A stretch of DNA of 64,000 bases from a virus (IMGVR_UViG_3300032323_003610:4760-68759), one strand, 5' to 3'. Positions 9,666-21,000 are shown, numbered from the stretch's first letter. The notes: generated from the letters alone by a model not told the origin. Numbers and translations are program-made.

Positions 9666-10436
9666 TTAGCCAATTACCCAGCTCAAGGGCTGGCTACCAT
9701 CAACATAGTTCTTGAGATCTTCGACCAGCTTGTCCATACTCATCTGTGCTTCGCTTTTCATAGCAGCACCGTTTAAGGTTCCACCGCCCTGTGGACCGGC
9801 AATTGTACCAAATTTTTCACGGGCTTCGCCAATGATTAATTTGCAAGTGGCGGTCATGTAGTCACGGAACCATTGTACAATTTGAAAATCACTTAGTAAA
9901 TTAAATTCAGGTTTAAGATTATAACACCACACCAGAACATTTTCACCAGTACCTTTAGGATCTCTTATCAGTTGTAGTTTTTTGGTCACAGGGTTGAATG
10001 TGTAGTTCATGTAGGCGCCAAACATACGTCCGGCCAGTTCTACATATTGGCTATAAAAATCAAATGTGGCCAGACCACCTGCCACGTTGAAATTCATTAG
10101 ATACACATTTATACTGGCCTGGCTGAACGGATCAAAGTTTGACGCAAACGGACCGGTGCTATCACCAAATGTTCTGCGAAAAATCTGTCGCACTGTCTGT
10201 ACTTCCTGTGGTAAGGTATAGATGTTGACATCTCGTACCAGTTCCATAAAGATATAGCTTTCTTCATAGGCGTTCTGTGCTCGTTGCCGATACACACCTA
10301 GAGTGCGTTGATATGCTGCTTCAAAATGAGCTGCATCCAGTTCAATATCAACAATGCCATCGCCCAGTTGCAGGCGCACATAATCAATAAGATTTTGTTT
10401 TAGGGTGTCTAAGCTGGATTGATTTTCTAAGGCCAT
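9666..10436 (-). CDS. Neck protein (gp13-like head-tail adaptor)
   Basis: LIDYVRLQLGDGIVDIELD...LIIGEAREKF.TIAGPQGG.TLNG..MKSEA. Confidence 0.88.
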   Translation of the reverse strand: MALENQSSLDTLKQNLIDYVRLQLGDGIVDIELDAAHFEAAYQRTLGVYRQRAQNAYEESYIFMELVRDVNIYTLPQEVQTVRQIFRRTFGDSTGPFASNFDPFSQASINVYLMNFNVAGGLATFDFYSQYVELAGRMFGAYMNYTFNPVTKKLQLIRDPKGTGENVLVWCYNLKPEFNLLSDFQIVQWFRDYMTATCKLIIGEAREKFGTIAGPQGGGTLNGAAMKSEAQMSMDKLVEDLKNYVDGSQPLSWVIG

Positions 10437-10471
10437 ATATAGGGGACTCCGTGTCCCCTGTATTTAGTAGT

Positions 10472-11617
10472 TTACCAGGCCCATAGTATGATCAAGTTGT
10501 CGTTGCCACGACCGTTAAACTTAGTTTCTGTTGCTTTGATTTCAACAAATGCTTTACGGGCTGCAGGTTTACCGCCGCCTGTAACTGCTTTAATTGATTC
10601 TGCAGGTTTACGTAGGGTTTTTTGTACAGTTGTTTGAGCATCAAATCCTACAATAGCACTACCTTTAATTGTAAAGGTCCCAATGTGACTATCTGCCACA
10701 ACATGGATAAGTTTGCGTTTGGCTGTGTCATATAACCAGGCTTCGCTGGCATTTACTAGTTTTGTAACTGGTTCTGACTTGAGGTTAAGTTCATCAAACT
10801 CTCGCAGGAACTTGAATTTACGGCTTAATTTTTCTGGACTTACTGCTTTTTTGGCACGTGGTTTGCGTTCTACTTTTTTCAGTTGAACGTAACTGGCGCA
10901 ATCGTTGATTACAGTTTCGCAGAATTTCACACACTGCTTTAATTGGTTCTTGTTAAGATGGCTATATCCTTCAACTAGGTCTGGATCAACTCCTTCTAAT
11001 ACTTCTGTAAACTCAGCCAGACGTAGCTCCCAAACTGTACTCACAGTTCCTATCATGTTGGGACTAATGTTCATACCACGCATGAGTTTGATTGGACTAA
11101 AGTCTGCACTCATCTTGGCACCGGCTACAACAAAATCATCAAACATGCCTTCGAGTTCGCCACAACACTCTGATACTTTTTCACGCAGATGATCTTGAAT
11201 TGTGAGTTTAGCTACTGCGGCCTCTGAGTCAACTTCTGATTGCTCTCGTTTCTTTTCTTGTTTGACTTTGAGCATGGCACTAATCTGTTCGTCAACAATA
11301 CCTTGTTCATGATCGTTGAGTACCAGGCCAAGTAAAGTCATGCGACATACCCAAGCCGGTGTAAGACGAATTTGACTGTCAGGGATACCACGCATGGTCT
11401 TAGCGTCTACCTTGCGGCCGTTGTGCTCTAAATAATGGCACAGCATTTCTTTGGCGTCTTTTTTGCCATAGTGATAGTTATACCACTGGAACGCATTGGC
11501 CAAACTGCTGATGCGATTTTCTTCTGTAGGTTGGAATTTCCACTCTGGTTCAAACCCAACATATTTGGTTTCAGCACCCTTGGGGTTTAGTCTTTTGATT
11601 TCGTTTGATTTAGCCAT
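10472..11617 (-). CDS. Hypothetical early protein (381 aa)
   Basis: Long ORF with basic C-terminal domain, preceded by a TTGACA/TACAAT promoter. Confidence 0.75.
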   Translation of the reverse strand: MAKSNEIKRLNPKGAETKYVGFEPEWKFQPTEENRISSLANAFQWYNYHYGKKDAKEMLCHYLEHNGRKVDAKTMRGIPDSQIRLTPAWVCRMTLLGLVLNDHEQGIVDEQISAMLKVKQEKKREQSEVDSEAAVAKLTIQDHLREKVSECCGELEGMFDDFVVAGAKMSADFSPIKLMRGMNISPNMIGTVSTVWELRLAEFTEVLEGVDPDLVEGYSHLNKNQLKQCVKFCETVINDCASYVQLKKVERKPRAKKAVSPEKLSRKFKFLREFDELNLKSEPVTKLVNASEAWLYDTAKRKLIHVVADSHIGTFTIKGSAIVGFDAQTTVQKTLRKPAESIKAVTGGGKPAARKAFVEIKATETKFNGRGNDNLIILWAW

Positions 11618-11624
11618 AGTCTTT

Positions 11625-11654
11625 ATTGTATATTAAATTTTAGTAATGTCAACC
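11625..11654 (-). promoter_or_regulatory. Sigma70-type early promoter
   Basis: GGTTGACA-16nt-TACAAT, 7 nt before ATG 11617. Confidence 0.75.
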
Positions 11655-11900
11655 TAATAGGCTGGCAAAGGTTATGTGTTGTTCTAGATTAGTCAATAGA
11701 TCATTAACTTTTTGCACCAGTTCTCGGTAACGAGCTGTTTCTCGGTGCATGCGACGGCATTCTACACTTTCCATATCTGCAGCCACAATAGCTTGGTCTA
11801 CTGCTCGTGTCATTTTAAGCAGGTCGCGGCGAGCCACCTTGTTTTTAACTGTAGCAATTTGCTTTTCAGCCCGATCTAAGCGTTGAAATAACTCGTCCAT
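11649..11900 (-). CDS. Small coiled-coil hypothetical protein
   Basis: Start revised to MDELFQ at 11900 because a TTGACT-17-TATAAT promoter lies inside the longer predicted N-terminus. Confidence 0.7.
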   Translation of the reverse strand: MDELFQRLDRAEKQIATVKNKVARRDLLKMTRAVDQAIVAADMESVECRRMHRETARYRELVQKVNDLLTNLEQHITFASLLG

Positions 11901-11906
11901 TTTGTA

Positions 11907-11935
11907 ATTATACTGGCTTTTGAATTCATAGTCAA
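11907..11935 (-). promoter_or_regulatory. Sigma70-type early promoter
   Basis: TTGACT (11935-11930), 17-nt spacer, TATAAT (11912-11907). Confidence 0.75.
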
Positions 11936-11943
11936 TCTGGCCC

Positions 11944-11950
11944 ATAAATA
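11944..11950 (+). promoter_or_regulatory. T4-like late promoter (ATAAATA)
   Basis: 7 nt upstream of ATG 11958. The same motif recurs upstream of most structural genes. Confidence 0.7.
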
Positions 11951-11957
11951 CACTACT

Positions 11958-13325
11958 ATGCCGCGCCTGTCACTTTACCGCCCTAACCGAACCAATGATT
12001 ATCAGTTCTTAGATCGCACGATCAGTGAAATGTACACTGTGGGAGGACTGGACATTTTTGTCCACAAATATCTTGGCCCGCAAGGTGCTGGTGTTGACAA
12101 CGGCAACAACGATGCCACTATTCCCAATTATGCCACAACCAATCCTTTATTCATTGAAGATTTGCTGTTGTTGGAAAATCGCGATCGAGTGTATGCACCC
12201 GATGTGTTTGTCATGCGCGGTGTTTACAGAACGCAAGACATTGACTTTGATCTTACACAATTTGGCCTGTTTTTAAACAACGATACACTTTTTATTACCT
12301 TTCACTACAATGACATGATTGACACGTTTGGTCGCAAGCTCATGTCAGGCGATGTTATAGAAGTGCCCAATCTGCGAGACTATCATCCTTTAGATACCAG
12401 CCTGGTCAAAAGCCTGCCCAGATACTATGTAATTCAAGATGCCAACTTTGCGTCAGAGGGATTTAGTGTTACCTGGCAACCGCACCTGTGGCGAGTCAAG
12501 GCTACACCCATGGTCAACGCTCAAGAGTACAGCCAGATCATCAACGAACCATTTATGCCGGAGAACATATGGGATCCTGGTAATTTTTATCCCAACGGAG
12601 TGGTGGTCAACAATGGCAACACCTACTACACTGCCAACGGCAATGTGCCGCCGGGCACTGCCATTGACGCTGTGAATCCTAGCACTGGGCAACCTTATTG
12701 GACACCCACTACGCCCAACACAGTGGGCGACAAACAAAGTACCAGACCCAAAGATCTTGCCATCAACGATGCCATACTTACACAAGCATACGAAGATGTT
12801 CCACTTAGTGGATATGACAATGTAAAATTTTATATCTTGCCAACCGGACCCAATGGCGAGCCTGGCAGTGCTGGACTCACTGCTGACAACACCACTAACA
12901 CAGTAGATGGAACAGAAACCGGAGCTGGCATTACGCCCAATGGTTTTGGCTATGCACAAGGGTACCTAACCGGTTCAACTCATGCTCCTAATGGCCTGCC
13001 GGTCACGCCAGGTGTGCAGTTTCCGCCCACACCGGTGCTGGGAGATTACTGTTTGAGATTAGATTATTTTCCCAACAGACTGTTTCGTTTTGATGGCAGA
13101 GTTTGGTTGGCCATCACGGACAATGTCAGAACTGATCTTGACTATGCCACCCAAGCCTTGACACAACGTGCCAGCTTTGTAAACAATACCTATACAGTAC
13201 CCACCACAGACCAAGGCAACATACCTAGTCGACAGAGTCTCAGTGAGATACTGGAACCACAACCCGACAACGGCAACCAAGGTGGTAACATTACACCTGC
13301 CAATCCAAGACCCCCAGGGAGATAA
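11958..13325 (+). CDS. Neck/head-closure protein (gp14-like) with extra domains
   Basis: DLLLLENRDR...FDLTQFGLFL.NDTLFITFH..DM...GRKLMSGDVIE.P, followed by gp15. Confidence 0.8.
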   Translation: MPRLSLYRPNRTNDYQFLDRTISEMYTVGGLDIFVHKYLGPQGAGVDNGNNDATIPNYATTNPLFIEDLLLLENRDRVYAPDVFVMRGVYRTQDIDFDLTQFGLFLNNDTLFITFHYNDMIDTFGRKLMSGDVIEVPNLRDYHPLDTSLVKSLPRYYVIQDANFASEGFSVTWQPHLWRVKATPMVNAQEYSQIINEPFMPENIWDPGNFYPNGVVVNNGNTYYTANGNVPPGTAIDAVNPSTGQPYWTPTTPNTVGDKQSTRPKDLAINDAILTQAYEDVPLSGYDNVKFYILPTGPNGEPGSAGLTADNTTNTVDGTETGAGITPNGFGYAQGYLTGSTHAPNGLPVTPGVQFPPTPVLGDYCLRLDYFPNRLFRFDGRVWLAITDNVRTDLDYATQALTQRASFVNNTYTVPTTDQGNIPSRQSLSEILEPQPDNGNQGGNITPANPRPPGR

Positions 13326-13327
13326 TT

Positions 13328-14743
13328 ATCGCTCAGTTTTTTTACGACGCCCAAATCCGTCGCTTCTTGTTACAGTTTGCCAGAATCTTTTCCAACTTTG
13401 ATGTGGAATATGGACCTAACCAGGCCGGACAAGGACCAGGTTCTGAAATTGATACCTTGATTCGCGTGCCAGTTCGCTATGGCGATGCCAGCCGACAAGC
13501 ACAGACCATCCTGCAGAACAATTCGGCCAACGACATGCCGTCAACTCCCCTGATGACCTTTTACATAACAGATTTAAAATACGATCGTCCTAGAATGCAG
13601 GAGCCCAATTTTGTCGACAATATTGCAGTGCGGCAACGCACCTACGATAGTGCCACTGACACTTACGAAACTACCCAGGGCAATGCGTTTACCATAGAAC
13701 GAGTCATGCCAGTGCCATATGAAATGACAATAAATTTAGATATTTGGACATCAAACACCAACCAAAAAATGCAGTTGTTAGAACAAATATTAACGCTGTT
13801 CAATCCCAGTTTGGAAATTCAAAGCACTGACAACTACATTGACTGGACCAGCCTAACTGTGTTATATCTCAAAGACAGCAGATGGAGCAGTAAAACTATT
13901 CCGGTCAACGCAACAGATCCTATCGACGTGGCCACCTTGACTTTTACCTTGCCCATGTGGATTACGCCACCTGCCAAAGTCAAAAAACTTGGCGTTATCG
14001 AACGTATCATTGCCAGCGTATATGATGCGCAAGGCGATCTCAACAATGCACTAACCAACAGTGATTTACTGCTGGGCACCAGACAACGTATTACCCCATA
14101 TGCATATCAGGTATTGTTGATTGACAACAAGTTGCAGGCTCTGCGATCACAACAGACAATCGACGAGTCCAATGCCAGTTTGACTCCGCCAGACAGCCCC
14201 GATAGTAACTTATTATGGCACAGTGTGATCAACTTGTACGGAACCTTGAGGCCTGGTATCAGTTACATCACTCTGGAACAACCAGATGGAACCGATGTCA
14301 CTGGCACTGTGGCATATGATCCGACCGACGATAGATTTTTGTTGTTTACTGTCAACACCGGCACTGTGCCGCCCAACACGTTGGCACCTATTACCGCTGT
14401 GATTGATCCTTTGGCAGGTGGACCAGGAGATGGCTTGGCGCCGGCTACTGTTGGACAACGATACCTGTTTACACAGGCAACTGGATCTTACAACAACCCT
14501 GGCTTGACCAATCCAGAAATTTGGACTGGTATTAATGGGCAACCTTTGGTGGCCTTGGCAAACGATATTGTGGAATACGACGGATCAAGATGGAACATAG
14601 TATTTGACAGTGCCTCAAGTCCTGCAAACATGCAGTATGTGACCAATATCACTACAGAATTGCAGTATCGGTGGACTGGCACGGCCTGGGTCAAATCATA
14701 CCAGGGGCTATACCCCGGAGGCGCATGGACACTGGTATTGTAA
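13328..14743 (+). CDS. Tail terminator / sheath stabiliser (gp15-like), probable ATC start
   Basis: (I)AQFFYDAQIRRFLLQF...VPVRYGD...MPVPY..TINLDIWTSNTNQKMQLLEQIL.LFNPS. GGGAG SD 6 nt before ATC at 13328. Confidence 0.85.
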   Translation: MAQFFYDAQIRRFLLQFARIFSNFDVEYGPNQAGQGPGSEIDTLIRVPVRYGDASRQAQTILQNNSANDMPSTPLMTFYITDLKYDRPRMQEPNFVDNIAVRQRTYDSATDTYETTQGNAFTIERVMPVPYEMTINLDIWTSNTNQKMQLLEQILTLFNPSLEIQSTDNYIDWTSLTVLYLKDSRWSSKTIPVNATDPIDVATLTFTLPMWITPPAKVKKLGVIERIIASVYDAQGDLNNALTNSDLLLGTRQRITPYAYQVLLIDNKLQALRSQQTIDESNASLTPPDSPDSNLLWHSVINLYGTLRPGISYITLEQPDGTDVTGTVAYDPTDDRFLLFTVNTGTVPPNTLAPITAVIDPLAGGPGDGLAPATVGQRYLFTQATGSYNNPGLTNPEIWTGINGQPLVALANDIVEYDGSRWNIVFDSASSPANMQYVTNITTELQYRWTGTAWVKSYQGLYPGGAWTLVL

Positions 14744-15165
14744 AAGCAGTGGGCGTTTGGTTTTACGCTATTAACAGCCGTCGGTATCTTTATCTCATGC
14801 GAAACGATCCCAAACATCCTGGGTCGTGGGGCTTGCCGGGTGGGCGAGTGGAAACCGGAGAAACCTTATTGGCAGCCATGAATCGCGAATGTTGCGAAGA
14901 AATGGGATTTGTTCCCGAGTATATCAAATTAATACCCTTGGAAAAATTTACCACTGCTGATCTGGGATTTGAATATCACACATTTTTCTGCATTGTCGAC
15001 AATGAATTTTGTCCTGTGCTTAATAACGAACACATAGGCTATGCCTGGATCAATTCTGGCACCTGGCCCAAACCCATGCATCCAGGTCTATGGTCAACTG
15101 TAAATTTTGACGCGGTGCAAAGTAAGATTTTAACTATCGAAACCAGTGTTCAAATGTCGCAGTAA
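14725..15165 (+). CDS. NUDIX hydrolase
   Basis: WGLPGGRVETGETLLAAMNRECCEEMG Nudix box and NEH.GYAW. GGAGG SD before ATG 14725. Confidence 0.9.
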   Translation: MDTGIVKAVGVWFYAINSRRYLYLMRNDPKHPGSWGLPGGRVETGETLLAAMNRECCEEMGFVPEYIKLIPLEKFTTADLGFEYHTFFCIVDNEFCPVLNNEHIGYAWINSGTWPKPMHPGLWSTVNFDAVQSKILTIETSVQMSQ

Positions 15166-15812
15166 CCAATAAAGTCGCCGTACGGCATGACCTGCGTGTT
15201 AGGATAACTGGCCCAGATGTCGGGCATTCTGGTTGATTCGCCTACTAGATAAAATTTAGTGCCAGTGTAGGCACGAAATATACCGGCAATTTGATCTGCC
15301 CATTCGTTATGGCCAGCCGATGTTTCGTCGGTATAGCCCAACATGAATATGTCTTTGTGTCCGTCAAACGCTGCCAGATATACCACAGTGGCCAAGTCAA
15401 CTATCCTGGGTCGCAAGGGAATTAGATAAAATTCTCCCGGGTGTGCAATACAATAACGAGGGCTAGTGTACACAATATTGCTAATTTGATAACCGATTTC
15501 TAAAATGTTAGCTAATTTATCAGCGTTGGTTTCTACTGCAAAGTCCAAGCGCATTTGTTGAGCAATTGTGCCAGTGCCATAGGTTTGTAATTTTTTGCTG
15601 CCCAACAGGCCGCCACGGTGGCGTTGCAATCTAGTGTAGTCAAATCGTTTTTGATCTTGTCCACTACCAATGCAGGCAGCTCGACCACTGAGATGGTGGT
15701 TCTCAATAGGATTAGCAATCCATTCACGTGTTTCTGTTTTTTTTCCGCTGGTCCATTTGGTCTCAAGAATTACAAACTCGCCAAGATAGTCAGTTCGATA
15801 TCTGGCATCCAT
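15150..15812 (-). CDS. Maf/DUF115-like (glycosyltransferase-related) protein, degenerate
   Basis: AACIGSG...TYG...DFAV...VYLAAFDGHKDIFMLGY. Paralogous pattern to 28438-29025. Confidence 0.5.
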   Translation of the reverse strand: MDARYRTDYLGEFVILETKWTSGKKTETREWIANPIENHHLSGRAACIGSGQDQKRFDYTRLQRHRGGLLGSKKLQTYGTGTIAQQMRLDFAVETNADKLANILEIGYQISNIVYTSPRYCIAHPGEFYLIPLRPRIVDLATVVYLAAFDGHKDIFMLGYTDETSAGHNEWADQIAGIFRAYTGTKFYLVGESTRMPDIWASYPNTQVMPYGDFIGYCDI

Positions 15813-16807
15813 TAAATCCTGCCTACTGCCACTTCAATTGTGCCTACAGTGTCTGAATCATATGATTCAAGAGCTTTGCCAATGATACAACCGGGTTGAT
15901 ATTGTGACATATCCAATCGTGTGGCTATGCCAGGAATGGAGCTAGATACCAAGCGATCACCTTTGGCAATGGTACCAATCACATGGCATGGCACTCGGCC
16001 AACCAGGGCCACTTGTACGGTATTGATACCGGTAAGTGTGCTGTTCATTAGGTAGCTGGGGTTTGTACTTACAATACCGGCTACTTGAGTGCTGTGTGAC
16101 TGTGTTGTAGAGGTAACTTCTTCGCCGCCGCCAAAATCAAGTACAGTGCCGGGAGTGTATTCTGAATCGGCACGGTACATCTCTGCCAAGTCAGCGTATT
16201 GTGCTGATGTTGCCCGAGCAAATATGGTGTTGTAGCTAAGTGTGGCACTACCAATATTGGCCGTAGCATTGGCTGAGGGCATGATGTTGGCGCCAGTGTT
16301 GATATTTCCTGTGCCATTGGGTGACAAGGTAATGTTGCCGTTGCTACTGGTAATAATGGTCAATGGCCCTGTGTCAACAATGTTACCAACTAGGCTCAAA
16401 TCGCTGCCTGCGGTAATAGCACCGGTGACACTCACAGTGGCGCCTGTGTGCGTTGTAGCGTTGACGTTGGCTCCACCTAAAATGTTACCACCTCTGATGT
16501 TGCCCGTGGCACTGATCAGCCCGCCGGTTAGAATATTTGCACCGGTGATATTGCCGCCGGTAATTGTACCAGTGGTTGATATTACATTTGATCCTAGTGT
16601 GGCCAAATTAGAATTAGTATATCCAGCTGGCAAGCCAGTTAACTGACTACCGTTGCCAATAATAAATGAGCCGGTGATGTTACCCGATGCTGACACGCTA
16701 GTAGGAGTAAATGTTCCTGCTATCAGTGTTCCACTAGCAATAACGTTGCCTCCGGTAATGTTGCCAGTAGCCGATATACCAGTTGTGCCGTCTAAAATTA
16801 GTGCCAT
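15812..16807 (-). CDS. Short fibre/structural protein with C-terminal chaperone-like domain
   Basis: GNITGG repeats plus SAQYADLAE.Y...PGTV..FGG..EVT...VAL.GRVPC...IGKALE domain. Confidence 0.75.
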   Translation of the reverse strand: MALILDGTTGISATGNITGGNVIASGTLIAGTFTPTSVSASGNITGSFIIGNGSQLTGLPAGYTNSNLATLGSNVISTTGTITGGNITGANILTGGLISATGNIRGGNILGGANVNATTHTGATVSVTGAITAGSDLSLVGNIVDTGPLTIITSSNGNITLSPNGTGNINTGANIMPSANATANIGSATLSYNTIFARATSAQYADLAEMYRADSEYTPGTVLDFGGGEEVTSTTQSHSTQVAGIVSTNPSYLMNSTLTGINTVQVALVGRVPCHVIGTIAKGDRLVSSSIPGIATRLDMSQYQPGCIIGKALESYDSDTVGTIEVAVGRI

Positions 16808-16832
16808 TTTGTTGTCCTTGGTGTATTTATGT

Positions 16833-17936
16833 TTATATTATGTTTAATGTGCTACCGTTTGGCACAAGAATATTGTTGGCAGGATCCACACTTATGGGGC
16901 CAATTAACATTGAGTTTATATTTGGTCCAATAACCACGTTGCTGGTTATTGTTTTGGGGTTTGAAAACACCCCGTACACTGTAAGTTCGCCCGGGCTTAC
17001 TTCTACAGTATCTTGCCCATTGGTATATAAATTAATATTTCCATTAGCTGTAGCAATGACCACATTTGAGGTGCCATTGCTAATGCTGTTTGAAGAGGCA
17101 GATATACCAGTAAGTTGGCTACCATTACCAATGAAATAATTGCCGGTAATATTACCTGTGGCACTGACTCTACCTGTAATATCTAGTCCACTGGTACTGA
17201 ATACTGCCACATTACCTGTACCACCAACTCCTACTGTGACATTGCCACCTGAACTGACCACAGTTACATTTGACGTGCCATTGTTGATATTGGCCACACT
17301 GGTGATAACTCCAGTGAGCGAAACTCCGTTGCCTAAAATATAAGCACCGGTAACATTGCCTGTGGCACTTATGGCTCCACCAGTTAAGACGTTGCCGCCA
17401 GTTACATTACCTGTGACACTTGCTGTTCCAGAAGTTACTGTGCCTGTACTACTGATCAGCAACACATTGGCCGTACCAGCTGAGCTTATTGTGACATTGG
17501 CATTTGAGTTGACTACTACATTTGACGTGCCTGACGATATTGAGTTGGCCATGTAGTTTTGTGTAAACGTCAGGGCCGTGGTATTGATTACGATAGGGTC
17601 GTCGGTGATCAGTTTCCACTGGGTGTCGGCGTAGATGGTACCTTCGGTGACCATCACAATCATGCCAGCTTCAATTTCACCAGTTTCGTTGCCGTCTGAT
17701 GTTCTGGCCCAGGTTCCGTTGCTGCCAGAACCCAGTGTGGTCACAAAATAAAGTCCGTTTTGGCTTCCGGTGCTTTGACCGGTAACCAGCACACGATCAT
17801 TCAGGCTCAGAGTTACACCGTCTACACTGTTTGGTGCGCCGCCGCTCAAGGTAATATTGGTTGTTGTAACTACCCGTGTGGACTGTTTGTAGTCTAAATT
17901 GAATATCTGTGCAGCACGCGGTTTGGTTAAGCCCAT
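16833..17936 (-). CDS. Tail fibre-like structural protein
   Basis: N-terminal DYKQS.RV.TT.NITLSG...DGVTL...DRVLV..Q....NG.Y...W.R..D fibre domain, plus GN-rich repeats. Confidence 0.75.
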   Translation of the reverse strand: MGLTKPRAAQIFNLDYKQSTRVVTTTNITLSGGAPNSVDGVTLSLNDRVLVTGQSTGSQNGLYFVTTLGSGSNGTWARTSDGNETGEIEAGMIVMVTEGTIYADTQWKLITDDPIVINTTALTFTQNYMANSISSGTSNVVVNSNANVTISSAGTANVLLISSTGTVTSGTASVTGNVTGGNVLTGGAISATGNVTGAYILGNGVSLTGVITSVANINNGTSNVTVVSSGGNVTVGVGGTGNVAVFSTSGLDITGRVSATGNITGNYFIGNGSQLTGISASSNSISNGTSNVVIATANGNINLYTNGQDTVEVSPGELTVYGVFSNPKTITSNVVIGPNINSMLIGPISVDPANNILVPNGSTLNII

Positions 17937-17966
17937 TGTTGTTCCATTAATATCTAATATTTAGTC

Positions 17967-17997
17967 AAAAAAATAGGACTCCTCGGAGTCCTATTTT
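17967..17997 (-). terminator. Rho-independent terminator
   Basis: AAAATAGGACTCC-tc-GGAGTCCTATTTT stem with U-tract, just after the 1979-aa fibre gene. Confidence 0.85.
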
Positions 17998-18015
17998 AAC
18001 TAGATAAATCCTAGT

Positions 18016-21000
18016 TTAGAAGCGTCCTACTACCACTTCTATTGTGCCTTCTGTACCATCAAAGTCTTCTAACGCCTTGCCAATCACAGTACCAACACGC
18101 GGATCTGCTTCGGCTCTAGCACGGCCTAGTCCAGCTGCAACCATCATGTCACCTTTGCGCACTGTACCAACAACCTGACACGGTACACGACCTGTAAGTG
18201 CTACTGTTGCTACAAATGTTGCGGCTAGTCCGTCGTTCATGATGTAGGCTGGATTTGTGGACACTATGCCTGCCACACGACGGTCGCTATCTACAGCATC
18301 CACAGTGACTTCTGCTGTGCCACCAAACACAACTACTGTGCCCGGAGCATAAGCCGCGTCAGCAGTGTATTTCTCTGCCAAGTCAGCGTACTGTGCTGAT
18401 GATGCAAGAGCAAACACTTGATTAAATCTTGTAGAACTTGATCCAATATTGCCCACACCATTGGCTTGACCGTTTACGATGTCTTTGTTAACAACAATCG
18501 CTCCTGTGCCGTTTGGAGTCAACACAATGTTACCGTTTGATGCTGTGGTTCTAATGTCTAACTGACCTGAATCTTCAATGGCACCACTCAATAACAAGTT
18601 GCCACCGGTGATGTTGCCGGTGACGCTTGCCAATCCAGTAATAAATGCACCTGTAGTGGCAAACACTGCCACGTTTGATGTTCCACCAATGCTAATATTG
18701 GCATTGCCACTAGGTGTTTGAATATCAATGCTTGTGGTGCCGTTTTGTATACGATCGCCTAAGATGTTTCCACTTAGCGTTGCATTACCAGACACACTCA
18801 AGTTGCCCACAATGTCTACCAGGCCTGGGCTGATGGTCATAACTGTGGTGCCGGCCACGTTGCCACGTATGTTGCCACCACTGGACACAATTGACATGTT
18901 TGACGTGCCACTGGTAATAGCAGTGCTGTTGATGTTTCCACCCAGGATACTTCCAGTGACACTAAGGTCTCCGGTTACATTGACCTGTGCGGCAGTGTCA
19001 CTGACTCCAACCACAGCATTACCACTGGAATTGCTGATGCTAGTCACTGAGGTTGTTGTGGTGATTTGACGAACTTCAATTGCATCACCTTGAGCTGGAG
19101 CTTCTGTAAAGGTCAACACGCAGGTTGGATCTGTACCCGACACCGAGTATGCCGTGATTGGAATCTGTACCACACCGTTGATACTAACAATACAACTGTT
19201 GGTAGTCTGCGTTGAGTTTAACGTAAATGCCACTTGTGATCCATCACCAAAGAACTGCTCATTGGTAATAACTGTGAACTCTGGAACACCCACTGCGGTC
19301 CATTGACTGTTGTCATACAACTCTAGGTTATTGTTGGTGGTGTTGAAACGCACCATGCCGGTAACACCAACTGCTGGACGTTGTGCAGTATTTCCAACCG
19401 GTGTCAAGATTGAGTTGGTTGAGTTGAATGCCACAATAGCATTGATTGTCTGTGTAGCACTGCCAAAGCTGGCTGTGCCTGTACCAGCATCCACATAAAA
19501 CACATTGGCCACTGTGTCGCCGTTGACTGCAAAGTCCACGTCGCCGCCTGCTGTGTTGAAGTTTACACGACCATTTGTATCGGTGATATCATCACCAGAA
19601 ATAACAATATTGCCGCCTTGTAGTTGGCCTGCTGTTGAAATATTACCAGCTATGATGTTGCCAGTAGCACTTACTGTACCGCCAGTTTGGACATTGCCGC
19701 CTGTGACTGTGCCTGTTACACTAGCACTTGATCCTGTTATAACACCACCCACTGTGGAGGCGGCTGTTACTGTGCCACTTGCACTGACTGAGGTGCCAAA
19801 CACATTTCCATTGAAATTGCTTGCATTAACGTTGCCGCCTACTGTGACCAAATTGCTGGTCTTGTCAAATGTAAATCCTGATGTGGCATTGGTTGTGCCA
19901 TTGTCATTAAATTCAACCTGTGTGTTGGCGCCTGGTGCACTGATGTTACCAGAAATATTACCAATAAAGTTGGCTGCAATTACATTGCCGGTGGCACTTA
20001 CATTACCTGCCGTCAGTATGTTTGCACCAGTTACGTTGCCACCTGCACTAACAGTGCCACCTGTGGCAATATTACCACCTGTAATAGTGGCAGTAGCACT
20101 GACTGTGCCACCTGTGGCTAGGTTACCCACTGTTGCAGTTCCTGTGACACTGGCTGTGCCGCCTGTTTGCAAATTGCCACCAGTTACTGTTCCAGTAGAA
20201 CTAACCAGTCCACCTGTTAAAATATTTCCGCCGGTGATATTGCCAGTGGATGTTATTAGACCACCTGTGATAATGTTGGCGCCAGTTATTTCACCGGTAG
20301 CACTGACTGTACCACCAGTGGCTAGATTACCCACGGTTGCAGTGCCTGTGGCACTGATCAATCCACCTGTAAACACATTACCGCCTGTAACGGTACCTGT
20401 TGCACTTACTGTACCACCTGAGGATATGTTTCCAGTGGCACTTACAGTGCCGCCCGTGGCTAGATTACCTGCAGTGGCCGTACCAGTTGCACTGATTATG
20501 CCGCCTGTTAAAACGTTTGCACCTGTGATGTTTCCTGCGGCACTTACGGTGCCGCCGGTGGCCAAGTTGCCACCTGTAATTGTGGCTGTTGCACTAACAG
20601 TTCCGCCAGTAGCTAAGTTGCCACCTGTAATTGTGGCTGTTGCACTAACAGTTCCGCCAGTAGCTACATTACCCGCTGTGGCTGTGCCAGTTGCACTGAC
20701 TGTGCCACCTGTAAGAATATTTGCACCTGTAACATCGCCGCCTGCACTGACTGTGCCACCTGTGGCTATGTTGCCTGCTGTAACAGTACCAGTAGCACTT
20801 ACTAGGCCTGCTGTTTGTAAATTACCAGTTTGTGTTGTTCCAACCACACTCAGTGTGGTCAAATTGCCAACTGATGTTAGGCTTGAAAAGGTTACGTTGG
20901 GACTTAGGGTGTTGCCAATCAGGTTACCAGCATTGACACTAGAAGCTGCTACACCTGTCAATTGTGAACCGTCACCTAAGAAAAAGCTTCCGGCACCTGC

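Noticed and set aside
15812-18420. Duplicated C-terminal domain as a DGR template/variable repeat pair
   Set aside because: The copies differ at all base types, both are coding, and no reverse transcriptase is in the window.
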